In this document: piece by piece, positions 16,807 to 25,675 of the stretch
How the letters are laid out: every line of letters starts with the position of its first letter
Position numbering within the stretch: position 1 is the stretch's first letter
DNA from: a virus
Length of the DNA: 64,000 nucleotides
Virus record (IMG/VR): IMGVR_UViG_3300043777_000086
Location: 1-64,000 of that record
Direction: 5' to 3' (one strand)
The notes under the pieces: generated by a model
What the model was told of the DNA's origin: nothing
What the model saw: only the letters and a program-made list of their open reading frames with translations
Databases searched by the model: none
Program-made: the position numbers and the translations under genes

Positions 16807-18591
16807 GTGCCTCTTCGCCCCTATCAGCGCGCGTGCCTCAAGTCCGCCCTGGCTGACTATCGCGCGGGCATCCGGCGGCAGTTATGGGTATTGCCCTGTG
16901 GGGGCGGCAAGACGGAGATCGTATCCCGGATCCCTGATCTCCTCAAGCAGCAGCGCGGCGAGCAGGGGATGTTCATCGTTAACCGGGACGACCTGGTCAT
17001 GCAGGCTGCTCGCACGTTCACACGGAACAATCCAAACCTGCGCGTGGGGATCGAGAAGGCCGAAGAGCACGCAGATCCGAACTCGGACATCGTGATTTGC
17101 TCGCTGCAAACTATCGGGAAGGTCGATGGCGTATCGCCGCGGTTTGCGCGCTTCGATGAAGAACGCGTGCGGTGGGTGGTGGTCGACGAATGCCACGCCG
17201 TCCTGTCGCTCCAGTACCTGCACGCGCTGCGGCACTTGAGGCTGAATAAAGCTGAACCTAATATCGACCATGGCAAACTCCTTGTCGGGATCACGGCAAC
17301 TCCCGATCGCAGCGACGGGGTTGGGCTTGAAGCGGTATTCGACAAGATCACATACGAGATCTCGATCCGCGAGCTGATGGAGGACGGTCCGGTCATCGAC
17401 GGGCGAATGTACAGCTACCTTGCGCCAGTGTTGGGGTATCGAGTCACGACGGACTTCGATGTTTCTATGGCTCGCACGCGTAAGGGAGACTTCCTCGAGC
17501 AGGATCTCAGCAACGCACTCGACAATCCAGAGCGCAACAAGCTAATCCTCGATCGCTACCTCGGATACGGGGAACGAATGCGGGCGATTGCATTTACGGT
17601 TAATGTGCAACACGCACACACCCTTACTGAGATGTTCCGCGCTCACGGGATCCCGGCGGTACCTGTCAGTGGGGATACTAAACGGGCTGAGCGCGATCGG
17701 ATCTATGCCGCGTTCGAGGCTGGCGACATTCGGATGATTGCGAGCTGCTCTGTCCTCCAAGAAGGGTTCGATGCTCCGGCCGCGTCGGTAGCTCTTATGT
17801 GCTCCCCGACTAAGTCGAGCCTGCGGTATCGCCAGTCGGTCGGACGGGTGCTCAGACGTTTCCCGTCCGTCGAGCGGATGACTGAAGGCGGATACGATGG
17901 CTGGGTAAAGCCTCACGCGATCATCATTGACTTTTGTGATCTCCTCGGGAGGCACTCCATCCAGTGTGCTCCGACCCTATTCGGGCTTAAGGCCGACTTC
18001 GACCTCGACGGAGGCAACGCGCTCGAGGCTGCTAAGGAAGTCCAGCAGGTCTTGCAGCGCTACCCCTCGATCCAGGACGCCAAGTCCATCAAGGAGCTTC
18101 GCGCCCAGGTGGATTCGGTGGACATCTTCCGGGCTCCGGTGGTCCGTCCCGACGTCCGCCGCTATAGCAAGTTCTCCTGGCTTGAGATACTGGATGGAGT
18201 GTTGCAGTTGAACACCAAAGCCTGCGCCTTGGAGGTGCGGGTCAACGCGCTTGGACGGCACGAGGTGTACCAGTCCGTGAACGGGATCCGCAGCCTAAAG
18301 GATACGGTCCCGGCGCTCCAGGACGCGCTCAGGATCGCAGACGCACTGGTCCCTAAGGATGAATGGGCGATCCATGTGACGCGTGCTAAATGGCGCGAGG
18401 AAGCCCCCACGGAGGCTCAGTGCTCCCGACTCCACCGCGAGGATGAGCGGCTTCGCAAGAAATGGTCTACACCTGGGGACTTCTACCGGTTTGCGATCAG
18501 CCAGCACGGGGCGGGAGATGTGAACTACTCGAAAGGCGCTTTATCGAGAATGATCGACCGCTACGTTTTGAGTAAGGCGGTACCAGCTTGA
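16807..18591 (+). CDS. SF2 DEAD/DEAH-box helicase
   Basis: LRPYQ, PCGGGKT, DECH, TATP, EGFD, QSVGRVLR. Confidence 0.95.
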   Translation: MPLRPYQRACLKSALADYRAGIRRQLWVLPCGGGKTEIVSRIPDLLKQQRGEQGMFIVNRDDLVMQAARTFTRNNPNLRVGIEKAEEHADPNSDIVICSLQTIGKVDGVSPRFARFDEERVRWVVVDECHAVLSLQYLHALRHLRLNKAEPNIDHGKLLVGITATPDRSDGVGLEAVFDKITYEISIRELMEDGPVIDGRMYSYLAPVLGYRVTTDFDVSMARTRKGDFLEQDLSNALDNPERNKLILDRYLGYGERMRAIAFTVNVQHAHTLTEMFRAHGIPAVPVSGDTKRAERDRIYAAFEAGDIRMIASCSVLQEGFDAPAASVALMCSPTKSSLRYRQSVGRVLRRFPSVERMTEGGYDGWVKPHAIIIDFCDLLGRHSIQCAPTLFGLKADFDLDGGNALEAAKEVQQVLQRYPSIQDAKSIKELRAQVDSVDIFRAPVVRPDVRRYSKFSWLEILDGVLQLNTKACALEVRVNALGRHEVYQSVNGIRSLKDTVPALQDALRIADALVPKDEWAIHVTRAKWREEAPTEAQCSRLHREDERLRKKWSTPGDFYRFAISQHGAGDVNYSKGALSRMIDRYVLSKAVPA

Positions 18592-18989
18592 GGTTGATGG
18601 CCGCGCTACTCTTCGCGGCCCTTCCACTATGGGAGCAGGACCACCCGCCGAAGGTCTCTGCGGCCCTTCTGAGCCCGCACGCCGTCCAGGACCGCATCGT
18701 GGCCGCCGCCGGCCCGCGGCTGGCACCACTGGCGCTGGCGATAGTGGCGCGGGAGAGTGGATTCGACCCCAGTAAGCTCTCTGATACTGATGATGGTGGC
18801 CTATTCCAGCTTCACCGATCTACTGCCGCGTGGCTGGGTGTTGTGGATTGGCTGGACCCGGATCAGAACATTGCAGGTGGCGTCAGGCTGCTGCGTGAGG
18901 GGTTTGAGATCTACGGCACCGACCGCGGGGCGGCGTGCTACTTCGCCCACCCCGCGCGGTGCAAGTTCGAAACCGGATCTACGGAATAA
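18588..18989 (+). CDS. lytic transglycosylase (SLT) with hydrophobic N-terminus
   Basis: ARESGFDP catalytic Glu, GLFQL, DPDQNIAGGVRLL. Confidence 0.85.
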   Translation: MRLMAALLFAALPLWEQDHPPKVSAALLSPHAVQDRIVAAAGPRLAPLALAIVARESGFDPSKLSDTDDGGLFQLHRSTAAWLGVVDWLDPDQNIAGGVRLLREGFEIYGTDRGAACYFAHPARCKFETGSTE

Positions 18990-19524
18990 CGACAATCACC
19001 AGGTCTTTGCGCGGAGCTTTGGACCCCAAGCTGTCGCTGGCTTCGACCGCGAATGGAACCGTCCCCGGCTGCGTCGGCGTACCGGTGATCACCCCACTGT
19101 GCGTGTCGAGGCTCAGCCCTGTGGGTAATGAACCCCCCAGCCTGGCGAGTGTGATCGTGAATGGACCCTGCCCGCCGGCGACCATGATCGCCGCGTTGTA
19201 GGCATCCCCCACCTTAGCGTTCGGCAGCTTGGTGGTCATGATCTCCATGTGCTCGACCGGATGCGGGTGCGGAGGAAGCGGCTGCGCCGGGACCTTGAGC
19301 ACATCACCCGGAACCGACACAAAGATTTCCCCGCCCTTGATCTCGGTTGACTTGGTGCTGAATACTTCCATCAGCCCCAGCGGGACTGGTTCGATCGTGG
19401 TGGGCGCTTCTGGATCTTCCGGGGGCGGCTCGATCTTGGCTTTGGCCGCCAGCTCCGTAAGTGTGTAATGCCCCGGCGGGACCGTGTAATTCAGCCCGTC
19501 AATCGTGATCTGCACTTCTTTCAT
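18979..19524 (-). CDS. multi-ubiquitin-like domain fused to a putative Ig (He_PIG) domain
   Basis: VQITIDG..L..GGEIFVS N-terminus; TTKLPNAKVG..GSLPTGLSLD..GVITGTPT Ig signature. Confidence 0.7.
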   Translation of the reverse strand: MKEVQITIDGLNYTVPPGHYTLTELAAKAKIEPPPEDPEAPTTIEPVPLGLMEVFSTKSTEIKGGEIFVSVPGDVLKVPAQPLPPHPHPVEHMEIMTTKLPNAKVGDAYNAAIMVAGGQGPFTITLARLGGSLPTGLSLDTHSGVITGTPTQPGTVPFAVEASDSLGSKAPRKDLVIVVIP

Positions 19525-20309
19525 TGGACCCCCTCGTACTTGATAGTACTGCGAATCAATTCTCCGTCCGAGAACCCAGGCTCATCCCATTGGGAGATTA
19601 TCCAGATCTTCCCTTCCGGCGCCAACTTCCCGGTAGTCACGCACAGAAACGGATCGGGTTTGACGGTCTCGTAGTCGGAGACCATAAATACGGCGTCGGG
19701 CATCTTCTCGAGTACCGCCCCGATCGTAGCTAGAACCCCAGCCGGGATCTTCTGGGCGTACTGCTTACTCTCCACGGTTCCCATGCCGGAACGTTGACTG
19801 ATCCACCCTCCTGGAGATACCGCGGCAATCGCGTGCATATCTGCCTCGCGCATCGGCTTCCATACCCAACGCGTGTTCGGGTTGATTTTGTATGCCTGGT
19901 CGAACAAGTACTCGTCGACTTTATTGAAGTCGTAAACCTTCAGTCCTAGATCTGAGATTGCCATAGTCAACCTAGCTTCGTCGGTCGCCGCGGAACTGAG
20001 GCCGATCGATGCAGCCAGCTTGAGGTAGGTAGAGGGCGCAAGCGCTGTCGCCGGCAGGGGTTTGGCTGAGTTGCGAACCAGTGCGATCGTCATAAGTGGG
20101 GTTTTTGGTTTGCGGGTATTGCCGACGACGCCTGCGCCGCTGATTATCATCCCATTATTGTCGACCCAAACAGCGTTACTTGCATTGTTCCATGTAGCTG
20201 TTATAGCTCCAGCGGTGCCGCTACTACCCCCGCAGGGTCCGGAGCACGTCAATGTCGTCTGTCCAAACGCTGTGAGCGCCAGAGCCAGAATTCCGATTGC
20301 AATTTTCAT
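19521..20309 (-). CDS. signal-peptide protein with C-terminal DPFL...WDEP phage domain
   Basis: MKIAIGILALALTAFG-Q; AGGAG RBS. Confidence 0.75.
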   Translation of the reverse strand: MKIAIGILALALTAFGQTTLTCSGPCGGSSGTAGAITATWNNASNAVWVDNNGMIISGAGVVGNTRKPKTPLMTIALVRNSAKPLPATALAPSTYLKLAASIGLSSAATDEARLTMAISDLGLKVYDFNKVDEYLFDQAYKINPNTRWVWKPMREADMHAIAAVSPGGWISQRSGMGTVESKQYAQKIPAGVLATIGAVLEKMPDAVFMVSDYETVKPDPFLCVTTGKLAPEGKIWIISQWDEPGFSDGELIRSTIKYEGVQ

Positions 20310-20391
20310 GATTTTCTCCTGTGTAGGCCCGACGCTTCGGTAGACTTCGGAGCGCCGGGCCGCCTCGCTGCTTACGGTATTGATTTAGACT

Positions 20392-21608
20392 ATGGGAATT
20401 ATATACATGAGTACAGATTTTGAAGGCTTACGCCCGCAGCGCTCATCCCGAGCGCAGAAATTCCTAGTTGCAAGATGTTAAGCGCGGCGTTGTGATCGCG
20501 GCCAAGTTCAAGGCCGCAGTTAGGACAAGAATGGACGCGTTGCGAGAGTTTTTTAGAAACAGGCTCTCGGCAATTACTACAACGCTGCGAGGTGCCGCGT
20601 GGATTGACTGCAACAACATGCACACCAGCGTATTCTGCTTTGTATGCGAGTTGAAACAGCACGATTCCCCATGCGGCATCCATGATTGATTTATTAAGGC
20701 CGCGCTTCTGCGCGACATTCTTACCAGGGTTCTCGACCGTACCACTGGCTGATCGAGTCATGTTTGTGATCGCCAGATCTTCGTGAACGATGAGATCGTA
20801 AGCAGCCACGAGTTCCTTGGATTTGTGATGCAGGTAGTTAAGCCGCGCATTGGCGGCTTTCTGATGAGCGCGCCTGAGAGCCTCACGTGCTCTGGCCCGA
20901 TTCCGCGAGCCCCGCTTCTTGGTCGCTAACGCTCGGTTCTTTTCAGCGATGTTGTCTTCATAGTGCTTGGTCCAGCGCGGATTGTCGATCACTTGACCGT
21001 TGCTCAGCGTCGCGAGCGTGGTCAGCTCGACATCGATGGCGGTGGCGCGCGATATAACGCGCTTGGGCGGCGCTTCACCGATGTCGCAGACAACCGACGC
21101 TGTCCAGCGCTTCCCTTCGCGCTTAACGGTACATACCTTGGCTTTGCCGTTAATCAGCCGGCCGCCCTTTGCGCGAATGTCCCCGACATTGGGGATCTTG
21201 ATCGAGCGAGCGCGCCATGTCGGCAGGCTAAACGCGAAGGAGTCGTACCGCGCCCGCGCTCTGAATCTAGGGAATCCGGGTTTTTGACCTGATTTGCATC
21301 GACGAAAGAAAGCCCTGAAAGCGAGATCAACTCGCCTCAGCGGGTCGCGCATGATGTCGCACGCCATCCATCGAAAGCGTTCGTCTTGGCGAAGTTCGGT
21401 CAGTTCCACCTGCTGGTCATAGTACGAGACTGACTTTTTATCGTACTTGTACGCGTTGATCCTGTGTTCTAGACACGCGTTGTACGTCTCGCAATTGTCC
21501 GCGAGAATGCGTTCCAGCATAGCGGTTTGGCTCGCGTTGGGCTTCAGGCGGAACTGAAAAGCTCTAAGCATTCTACGACTTCGCTGTACTTAAGTATATA
21601 AGTCCCAT
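20392..21608. mobile_element. tnpB-only element bounded by 25-bp imperfect inverted repeats
   Basis: 20392-20416 ATGGGAATTATATACATGAGTACAG versus reverse complement of 21584-21608 ATGGGACTTATATACTTAAGTACAG (22/25). Confidence 0.7.
20399..21571 (-). CDS. tnpB: TnpB RNA-guided nuclease (solo, no tnpA)
   Basis: N-terminal RAFQFRLKP HTH, GFPRFR, RuvC-I AIDV, RuvC-II HEDL, CSNC/CPNC Zn finger, RuvC-III RDHNAALNI. Confidence 0.95.
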   Translation of the reverse strand: MLRAFQFRLKPNASQTAMLERILADNCETYNACLEHRINAYKYDKKSVSYYDQQVELTELRQDERFRWMACDIMRDPLRRVDLAFRAFFRRCKSGQKPGFPRFRARARYDSFAFSLPTWRARSIKIPNVGDIRAKGGRLINGKAKVCTVKREGKRWTASVVCDIGEAPPKRVISRATAIDVELTTLATLSNGQVIDNPRWTKHYEDNIAEKNRALATKKRGSRNRARAREALRRAHQKAANARLNYLHHKSKELVAAYDLIVHEDLAITNMTRSASGTVENPGKNVAQKRGLNKSIMDAAWGIVLFQLAYKAEYAGVHVVAVNPRGTSQRCSNCREPVSKKLSQRVHSCPNCGLELGRDHNAALNILQLGISALGMSAAGVSLQNLYSCI

Positions 21609-21622
21609 CAGGATCATGGACG

Positions 21623-21805
21623 CTACTTCCCCAAAATCATCGGCACGAATTCCATACCGAACAGCCAGAAAGCTAGCCCGGCTGAAATGAACGTAGGGTA
21701 ATAAGGCTGCGGAGCAGACCACCACCACCTCGACCCCACACCCAGAATAAAGCATCCAAGCGCGAAGCAGTACGCTAGCATCGAAAGAACAGGAGGTTGG
21801 ACCAT
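21623..21805 (-). CDS. small 2-TM membrane protein
   Basis: AAGGAG RBS; two hydrophobic segments. Confidence 0.7.
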   Translation of the reverse strand: MVQPPVLSMLAYCFALGCFILGVGSRWWWSAPQPYYPTFISAGLAFWLFGMEFVPMILGK

Positions 21806-21864
21806 AGGAAACTCCTTACGGATCAAGCGTATCACCAAGTTCCGACCGAGGCAATGAAATAATC

Positions 21865-22025
21865 CTTGACGGCCACGTTTATATGGGTTTATGATGTAGG
21901 AGTTTTCTCTTGAGTTTGGCAGGTGAGCGGGGTTTGGTGCTCCCCGCTCAGTCTGCCAAGAGAAGACGGTCAGCGATTGGCTCAGAATCGCGGACGTCCC
22001 GCCGGTGCTCTTTTAGAGTACCCCA
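21865..22025 (+). promoter_or_regulatory. putative promoter plus structured leader or ncRNA of the replication operon
   Basis: TTGACG-18-TATGAT; stem TTGGCAG-TGAGCGGGG/CCCCGCTCA-CTGCCAA; two further small hairpins. Confidence 0.5.
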
Positions 22026-22100
22026 GACGCCCCCTCCTGTACAATACTTGACCACAAAAATTTCAGGTTAAATTTGTCCGAGTTCGGACATGGAGGCTCT

Positions 22101-22739
22101 ATGCCCACGGAAGATGACATTGACGAACGGATACGCGAGCAGCTATCGAAGCGCGCGGATATATTCCGTCTTTCTGATTCAGAAAACCCATTCATGAAGG
22201 CCGCTAAGTTGATATGCCTAGTGGATGAACTTTTGGATTTTTACAATGAGACAGTGCGTGAACTATGGAAACTTGGATACAACCAGTTTCCAGAGGCGGA
22301 CGGCGTTTCTGGATTTGACCTCACTGAAAGAGGTGGTTGTATGTCGTTTTCATCTAAAGACATCCTAGGGATGCTCGCTGATGGTCCTAAGAAACAAGCG
22401 TTTATGTGGCTTGAGAATGAAGTAGAAGCTGAAAGACGGCGCCGGGCGGACGCTAATCCTAAGCGACAAAAACCGCCGATTAATTGGCGTCGGCGCATCG
22501 CTAGGAGGTTGGGTTATGAGCCACAGGAGTGGGTGTGTGTCTACTGCCGGAAGTCTGGTGACTGTGAGCTTGGGCCTGACGGGCGTCGTTGGCATGTGGA
22601 CCACATGTACCCTCGCGTTCATGGTGGTGATGATAAAAAAGACAATAAAGCCCTATCCTGCGCTAGTTGCAACCTTAGTAAAAATTCCAGGACCGCTACG
22701 GAATTCCTGGCGGGAGACAAGAGGGAGGTTGTCCAATGA
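22101..22739 (+). CDS. HNH endonuclease
   Basis: CVYC..HVDHMYPRVHGG..N...SCASCNLSK; GGAGG RBS. Confidence 0.88.
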   Translation: MPTEDDIDERIREQLSKRADIFRLSDSENPFMKAAKLICLVDELLDFYNETVRELWKLGYNQFPEADGVSGFDLTERGGCMSFSSKDILGMLADGPKKQAFMWLENEVEAERRRRADANPKRQKPPINWRRRIARRLGYEPQEWVCVYCRKSGDCELGPDGRRWHVDHMYPRVHGGDDKKDNKALSCASCNLSKNSRTATEFLAGDKREVVQ

Positions 22740-23893
22740 ACAACCTTCCATACTACCGTCTCTATCCTAAGGACTTCGACACCGACGAGAATGTTCGCCT
22801 TATGAGTATGTGCGAAAAGGGGCTTTACATCGCCCTCTTGAACCATTCCTGGGTGAATGGATCAGTCCCAAACGACATCACTAAGATCGCCCGGATCGCC
22901 GGGGAATCGGTACGAGTTGTGAAAAAATGTTGGGTTCAAGTTTCAAGATGCTTCAATGAAAATGCAAGTGGTGGTCTAGTCAACCGAAGGCTTGAAGATG
23001 AACGTATCTTAGCGGAAACAAAGGGAGAATCTTATTCCGAGAATGCTAAAAAGCGTTGGGAAAAACCATGCAATGGCATTGCACGCGCGTCTGAGTCTGA
23101 ATCTGACTCTAGTTCTCTCTCTTCTGAAACTCAAACTACAAACCAAGAAAAAACTTCTTCGCGCGCACGAGGAGTTTTTGTTGCCTTTGAGGATTTTCTA
23201 CACCAATGGCGCCGGCATCGCGGGTTCAAAAAACCCAACAAGCCGATCCTCGAGCGGGCGGCACAAAAGTGGGGTTCAGTCGAGATCACCGAAGATGAGC
23301 TAGCAGAAGCGCTCGACGGGTATTATGGTTCGGATTGGGCGAAACGCGAGGGGTATCCGATGCTGGGGTTTGTGAAAGACCCTCACTCCTGGCGTGCAGG
23401 CGGGCTTATTGAAAATTCACCCCCACCGCAGCGCACGCCCGCGCGCCCTGCGATCGAAGTGCCGGTGCCGAGGGGTAACCCTACCCCGGAAGTATCCGAT
23501 GCGCCTAGCGACGCCCTGCCGCTACGGGATCATCCCGCAGAATGGAACCGGATGGTACCGGCCGCCAAGTATGAATGGGGGCGGTACGCCCCGATCGAAG
23601 CGCTCCGGTTGTGTCAATACCGCGGCGATGACTTTGCGGAAAAATTTGATGAGGTTTGCGAGCTAGCTCAGGCGATTCATGTGGCGCGCGGCAAGGAGGT
23701 GGGATGGTTAACGCTTCCCTGGATCCTCAAAGTCGGGGATGAGAACCGACCGAACTGGTACAAACTTCTGACAGAGATGCGTTGGATGGCCACGCCCGCC
23801 GGTAAGCAACCCCCACCAGACCCCATCGCCTCAGCCCGAGAAATGCTACGTAAACGTAAAGAAGAAAGGGAGTTAAAAGAACGCAGTGTATAA
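22736..23893 (+). CDS. DUF1376/YdaU-like replication initiator
   Basis: PYYRLYPKDF..EKGLYIALL..W.NGSVPND..LVNRRLEDE; lies upstream of dnaB. Confidence 0.82.
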   Translation: MNNLPYYRLYPKDFDTDENVRLMSMCEKGLYIALLNHSWVNGSVPNDITKIARIAGESVRVVKKCWVQVSRCFNENASGGLVNRRLEDERILAETKGESYSENAKKRWEKPCNGIARASESESDSSSLSSETQTTNQEKTSSRARGVFVAFEDFLHQWRRHRGFKKPNKPILERAAQKWGSVEITEDELAEALDGYYGSDWAKREGYPMLGFVKDPHSWRAGGLIENSPPPQRTPARPAIEVPVPRGNPTPEVSDAPSDALPLRDHPAEWNRMVPAAKYEWGRYAPIEALRLCQYRGDDFAEKFDEVCELAQAIHVARGKEVGWLTLPWILKVGDENRPNWYKLLTEMRWMATPAGKQPPPDPIASAREMLRKRKEERELKERSV

Positions 23894-24296
23894 CTTTAAC
23901 GAAGAAACACTTGACTGGGGAATACAGCGGATGGACCGCATGAAGCACCTCAAGGGATTCCCGGCGCTCGACGTCGGCGTGGAGGCGGTCGCCGGGGCGC
24001 TGCTACGGATCGCACACCCGGTTATCGTAGAGGCCCGGCTGGACTGGGCGATCAAAGGCGGATCACTTGACGACTTTGATCCGAGTTCGGATATAATCAA
24101 CCCCGGTGCGGAGGCGCTTAGTTTAGTGACGCTAATCCACCCAAAGATAAAAACTCCCATTAATCCAATGATTTGGATGGTGGATATGGCGCTGGATAAG
24201 TACAACTGGTTCCCCGCCCCCATCGACCTACGCCGGATCTTTGTGGAGAAGTTCCCGCCGGCGGACGGGCAGGAACCGGCACCGGCGGAATACTGA
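23886..24296 (+). CDS. hypothetical protein, possible helicase loader or inhibitor
   Basis: Follows the initiator; WFPAPIDLR motif. Confidence 0.6.
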   Translation: MYNFNEETLDWGIQRMDRMKHLKGFPALDVGVEAVAGALLRIAHPVIVEARLDWAIKGGSLDDFDPSSDIINPGAEALSLVTLIHPKIKTPINPMIWMVDMALDKYNWFPAPIDLRRIFVEKFPPADGQEPAPAEY

Positions 24297-24320
24297 ATCG
24301 CTCGACAAAAAGGAGTCTAA

Positions 24321-24434
24321 ATGTACGTGCCAAAACACGATGAAGACGACCTCGAGGATGACGAACTCCTCGACGACGAAGAAGGCAGTGAGGAATTGAA
24401 TGAGGATGATCTCGACGACGAGGATGACGAATGA
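24321..24434 (+). CDS. 37-aa hyperacidic peptide
   Basis: AAGGAG RBS, ATGA coupling; MYVPKHDEDDLEDDELLDDEEGSEELNEDDLDDEDDE. Confidence 0.7.
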   Translation: MYVPKHDEDDLEDDELLDDEEGSEELNEDDLDDEDDE

Positions 24435-24598
24435 GATGGCTTTGTAGGCTCCTGGGGCACCGATGGGCGCGAACAACAATCCCACTACGATGCCTGCGCT
24501 GTCACGATGTCCACTGGGTATGCAAACGTTGCGGTTACAGCGAAATCACCACAGGATTCCGTTACTGGTACTGCCCAATCCATAATGGAAGTCACTAA
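24431..24598 (+). CDS. 55-aa Cys/His prophage protein (DUF1660-like CRLLGH..CKRCG)
   Basis: Translated manually; coupled to the acidic peptide. Confidence 0.6.
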   Translation: MRWLCRLLGHRWARTTIPLRCLRCHDVHWVCKRCGYSEITTGFRYWYCPIHNGSH

Positions 24599-24608
24599 GG
24601 GGACTTTT

Positions 24609-24851
24609 ATGGGGCTGCGTAAACCGTACGGGCTGCCGGGAGATCCGAGTTCGGATATCTTCTGGCCGGAGGTCTCCCGGTTTTATTCCGACTGCACCAC
24701 AGACGAACAGATGCTCAAGCAGCGAATTCGGAGGGCTTTTGAGAAACTTCATCTGGAGCACGAGGAGCACTTCGAGCTTGCTGAGCTTATCTATCAGAAA
24801 CTAAAACCGTTTGCTGTTATGCGGCAGACACCTAGAGGGCTCAATGACTGA
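24609..24851 (+). CDS. hypothetical protein
   Basis: AAGGGG RBS before ATG 24609. Confidence 0.55.
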   Translation: MGLRKPYGLPGDPSSDIFWPEVSRFYSDCTTDEQMLKQRIRRAFEKLHLEHEEHFELAELIYQKLKPFAVMRQTPRGLND

Positions 24852-25074
24852 ACCAACCCCAATACCGGGACCCGCCACGAAGGATAACCCCATTACCTTC
24901 ATCATGTTTCCGGAGCGCTGCCTTGGTTGCAAGGCGGCCCGTATCGGAATCCAGGAAGGCCGATGTTATTTCGCGTGCAAGACCGTGGTCCAGCACATCA
25001 AGCTAACCGGACGCCTGCACGTTAAGCGCAGCCACGAGTGCTTCGTCAGGCAGCGCGAGGGGGCCACGGCATGA
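24844..25074 (+). CDS. small Cys-rich protein
   Basis: Overlap-coupled on both sides. Confidence 0.55.
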   Translation: MTEPTPIPGPATKDNPITFIMFPERCLGCKAARIGIQEGRCYFACKTVVQHIKLTGRLHVKRSHECFVRQREGATA

Positions 25075-25400
25075 GCGCGCCGATCCTGCCGCCGCGGATC
25101 CGGAATGTGATCCAGGCCCACGCCACGGACCACCACACCACAGTCGAGGAGATCCTATCCTCCAGCCAGATGAAACACACCTCCATGGCCCGCCGGCACG
25201 CCTGCCACTCCCTGAAGCGAATGGGGTTCTCTGAGCCCGAGATAGGGCGGTTCCTCCGGAAGGACCATAGCACAGTCCACTACGCGCTCACGCAGCCGCT
25301 GCTGAACCTGGAGGGTAAGGTGGTCGGAGCCCCGCTACGGCCGCAGCACAGGCCCGCGGACGTGCCCGTACCCGACCTCAGCGGGGAGTGGGCGGTATGA
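25071..25400 (+). CDS. DnaA C-terminal (domain IV)-like HTH protein
   Basis: ARRHAC..GFSEPEIGRFLRKDHSTVHYA. Confidence 0.8.
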   Translation: MSAPILPPRIRNVIQAHATDHHTTVEEILSSSQMKHTSMARRHACHSLKRMGFSEPEIGRFLRKDHSTVHYALTQPLLNLEGKVVGAPLRPQHRPADVPVPDLSGEWAV

Positions 25401-25675
25401 TGGCATACATCAATCTAGGGCGCCCTAACCCTCACTTCAAGCCCGACCAGCAAGTTTTCGATCCTGCCGCGGGAAAGTACCGGAAGGTGTCCACCGGACA
25501 CCACCTCCGCAACTGGAACGGTTCGCTACGGATCGAGGAGTCTGCCTTTGTGGCCGCAGTATGCGGACGTCACGACATGCAGTACGCAGGTTTCGGGTTC
25601 ACGGAGGATATCGCGCACACCCGGTTCGAAGTGTGGCGCTGCCCGCAGTGTCGGGTGGAAGAGCACAGGTTCTGA
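25397..25675 (+). CDS. hypothetical Zn-ribbon protein
   Basis: CGRH...CPQC. Confidence 0.55.
   Translation: MMAYINLGRPNPHFKPDQQVFDPAAGKYRKVSTGHHLRNWNGSLRIEESAFVAAVCGRHDMQYAGFGFTEDIAHTRFEVWRCPQCRVEEHRF

Noticed and set aside
20399-21571. Cas12f/CRISPR effector or catalytically dead TldR
   Set aside because: No array is nearby and the three RuvC acidic residues appear intact.
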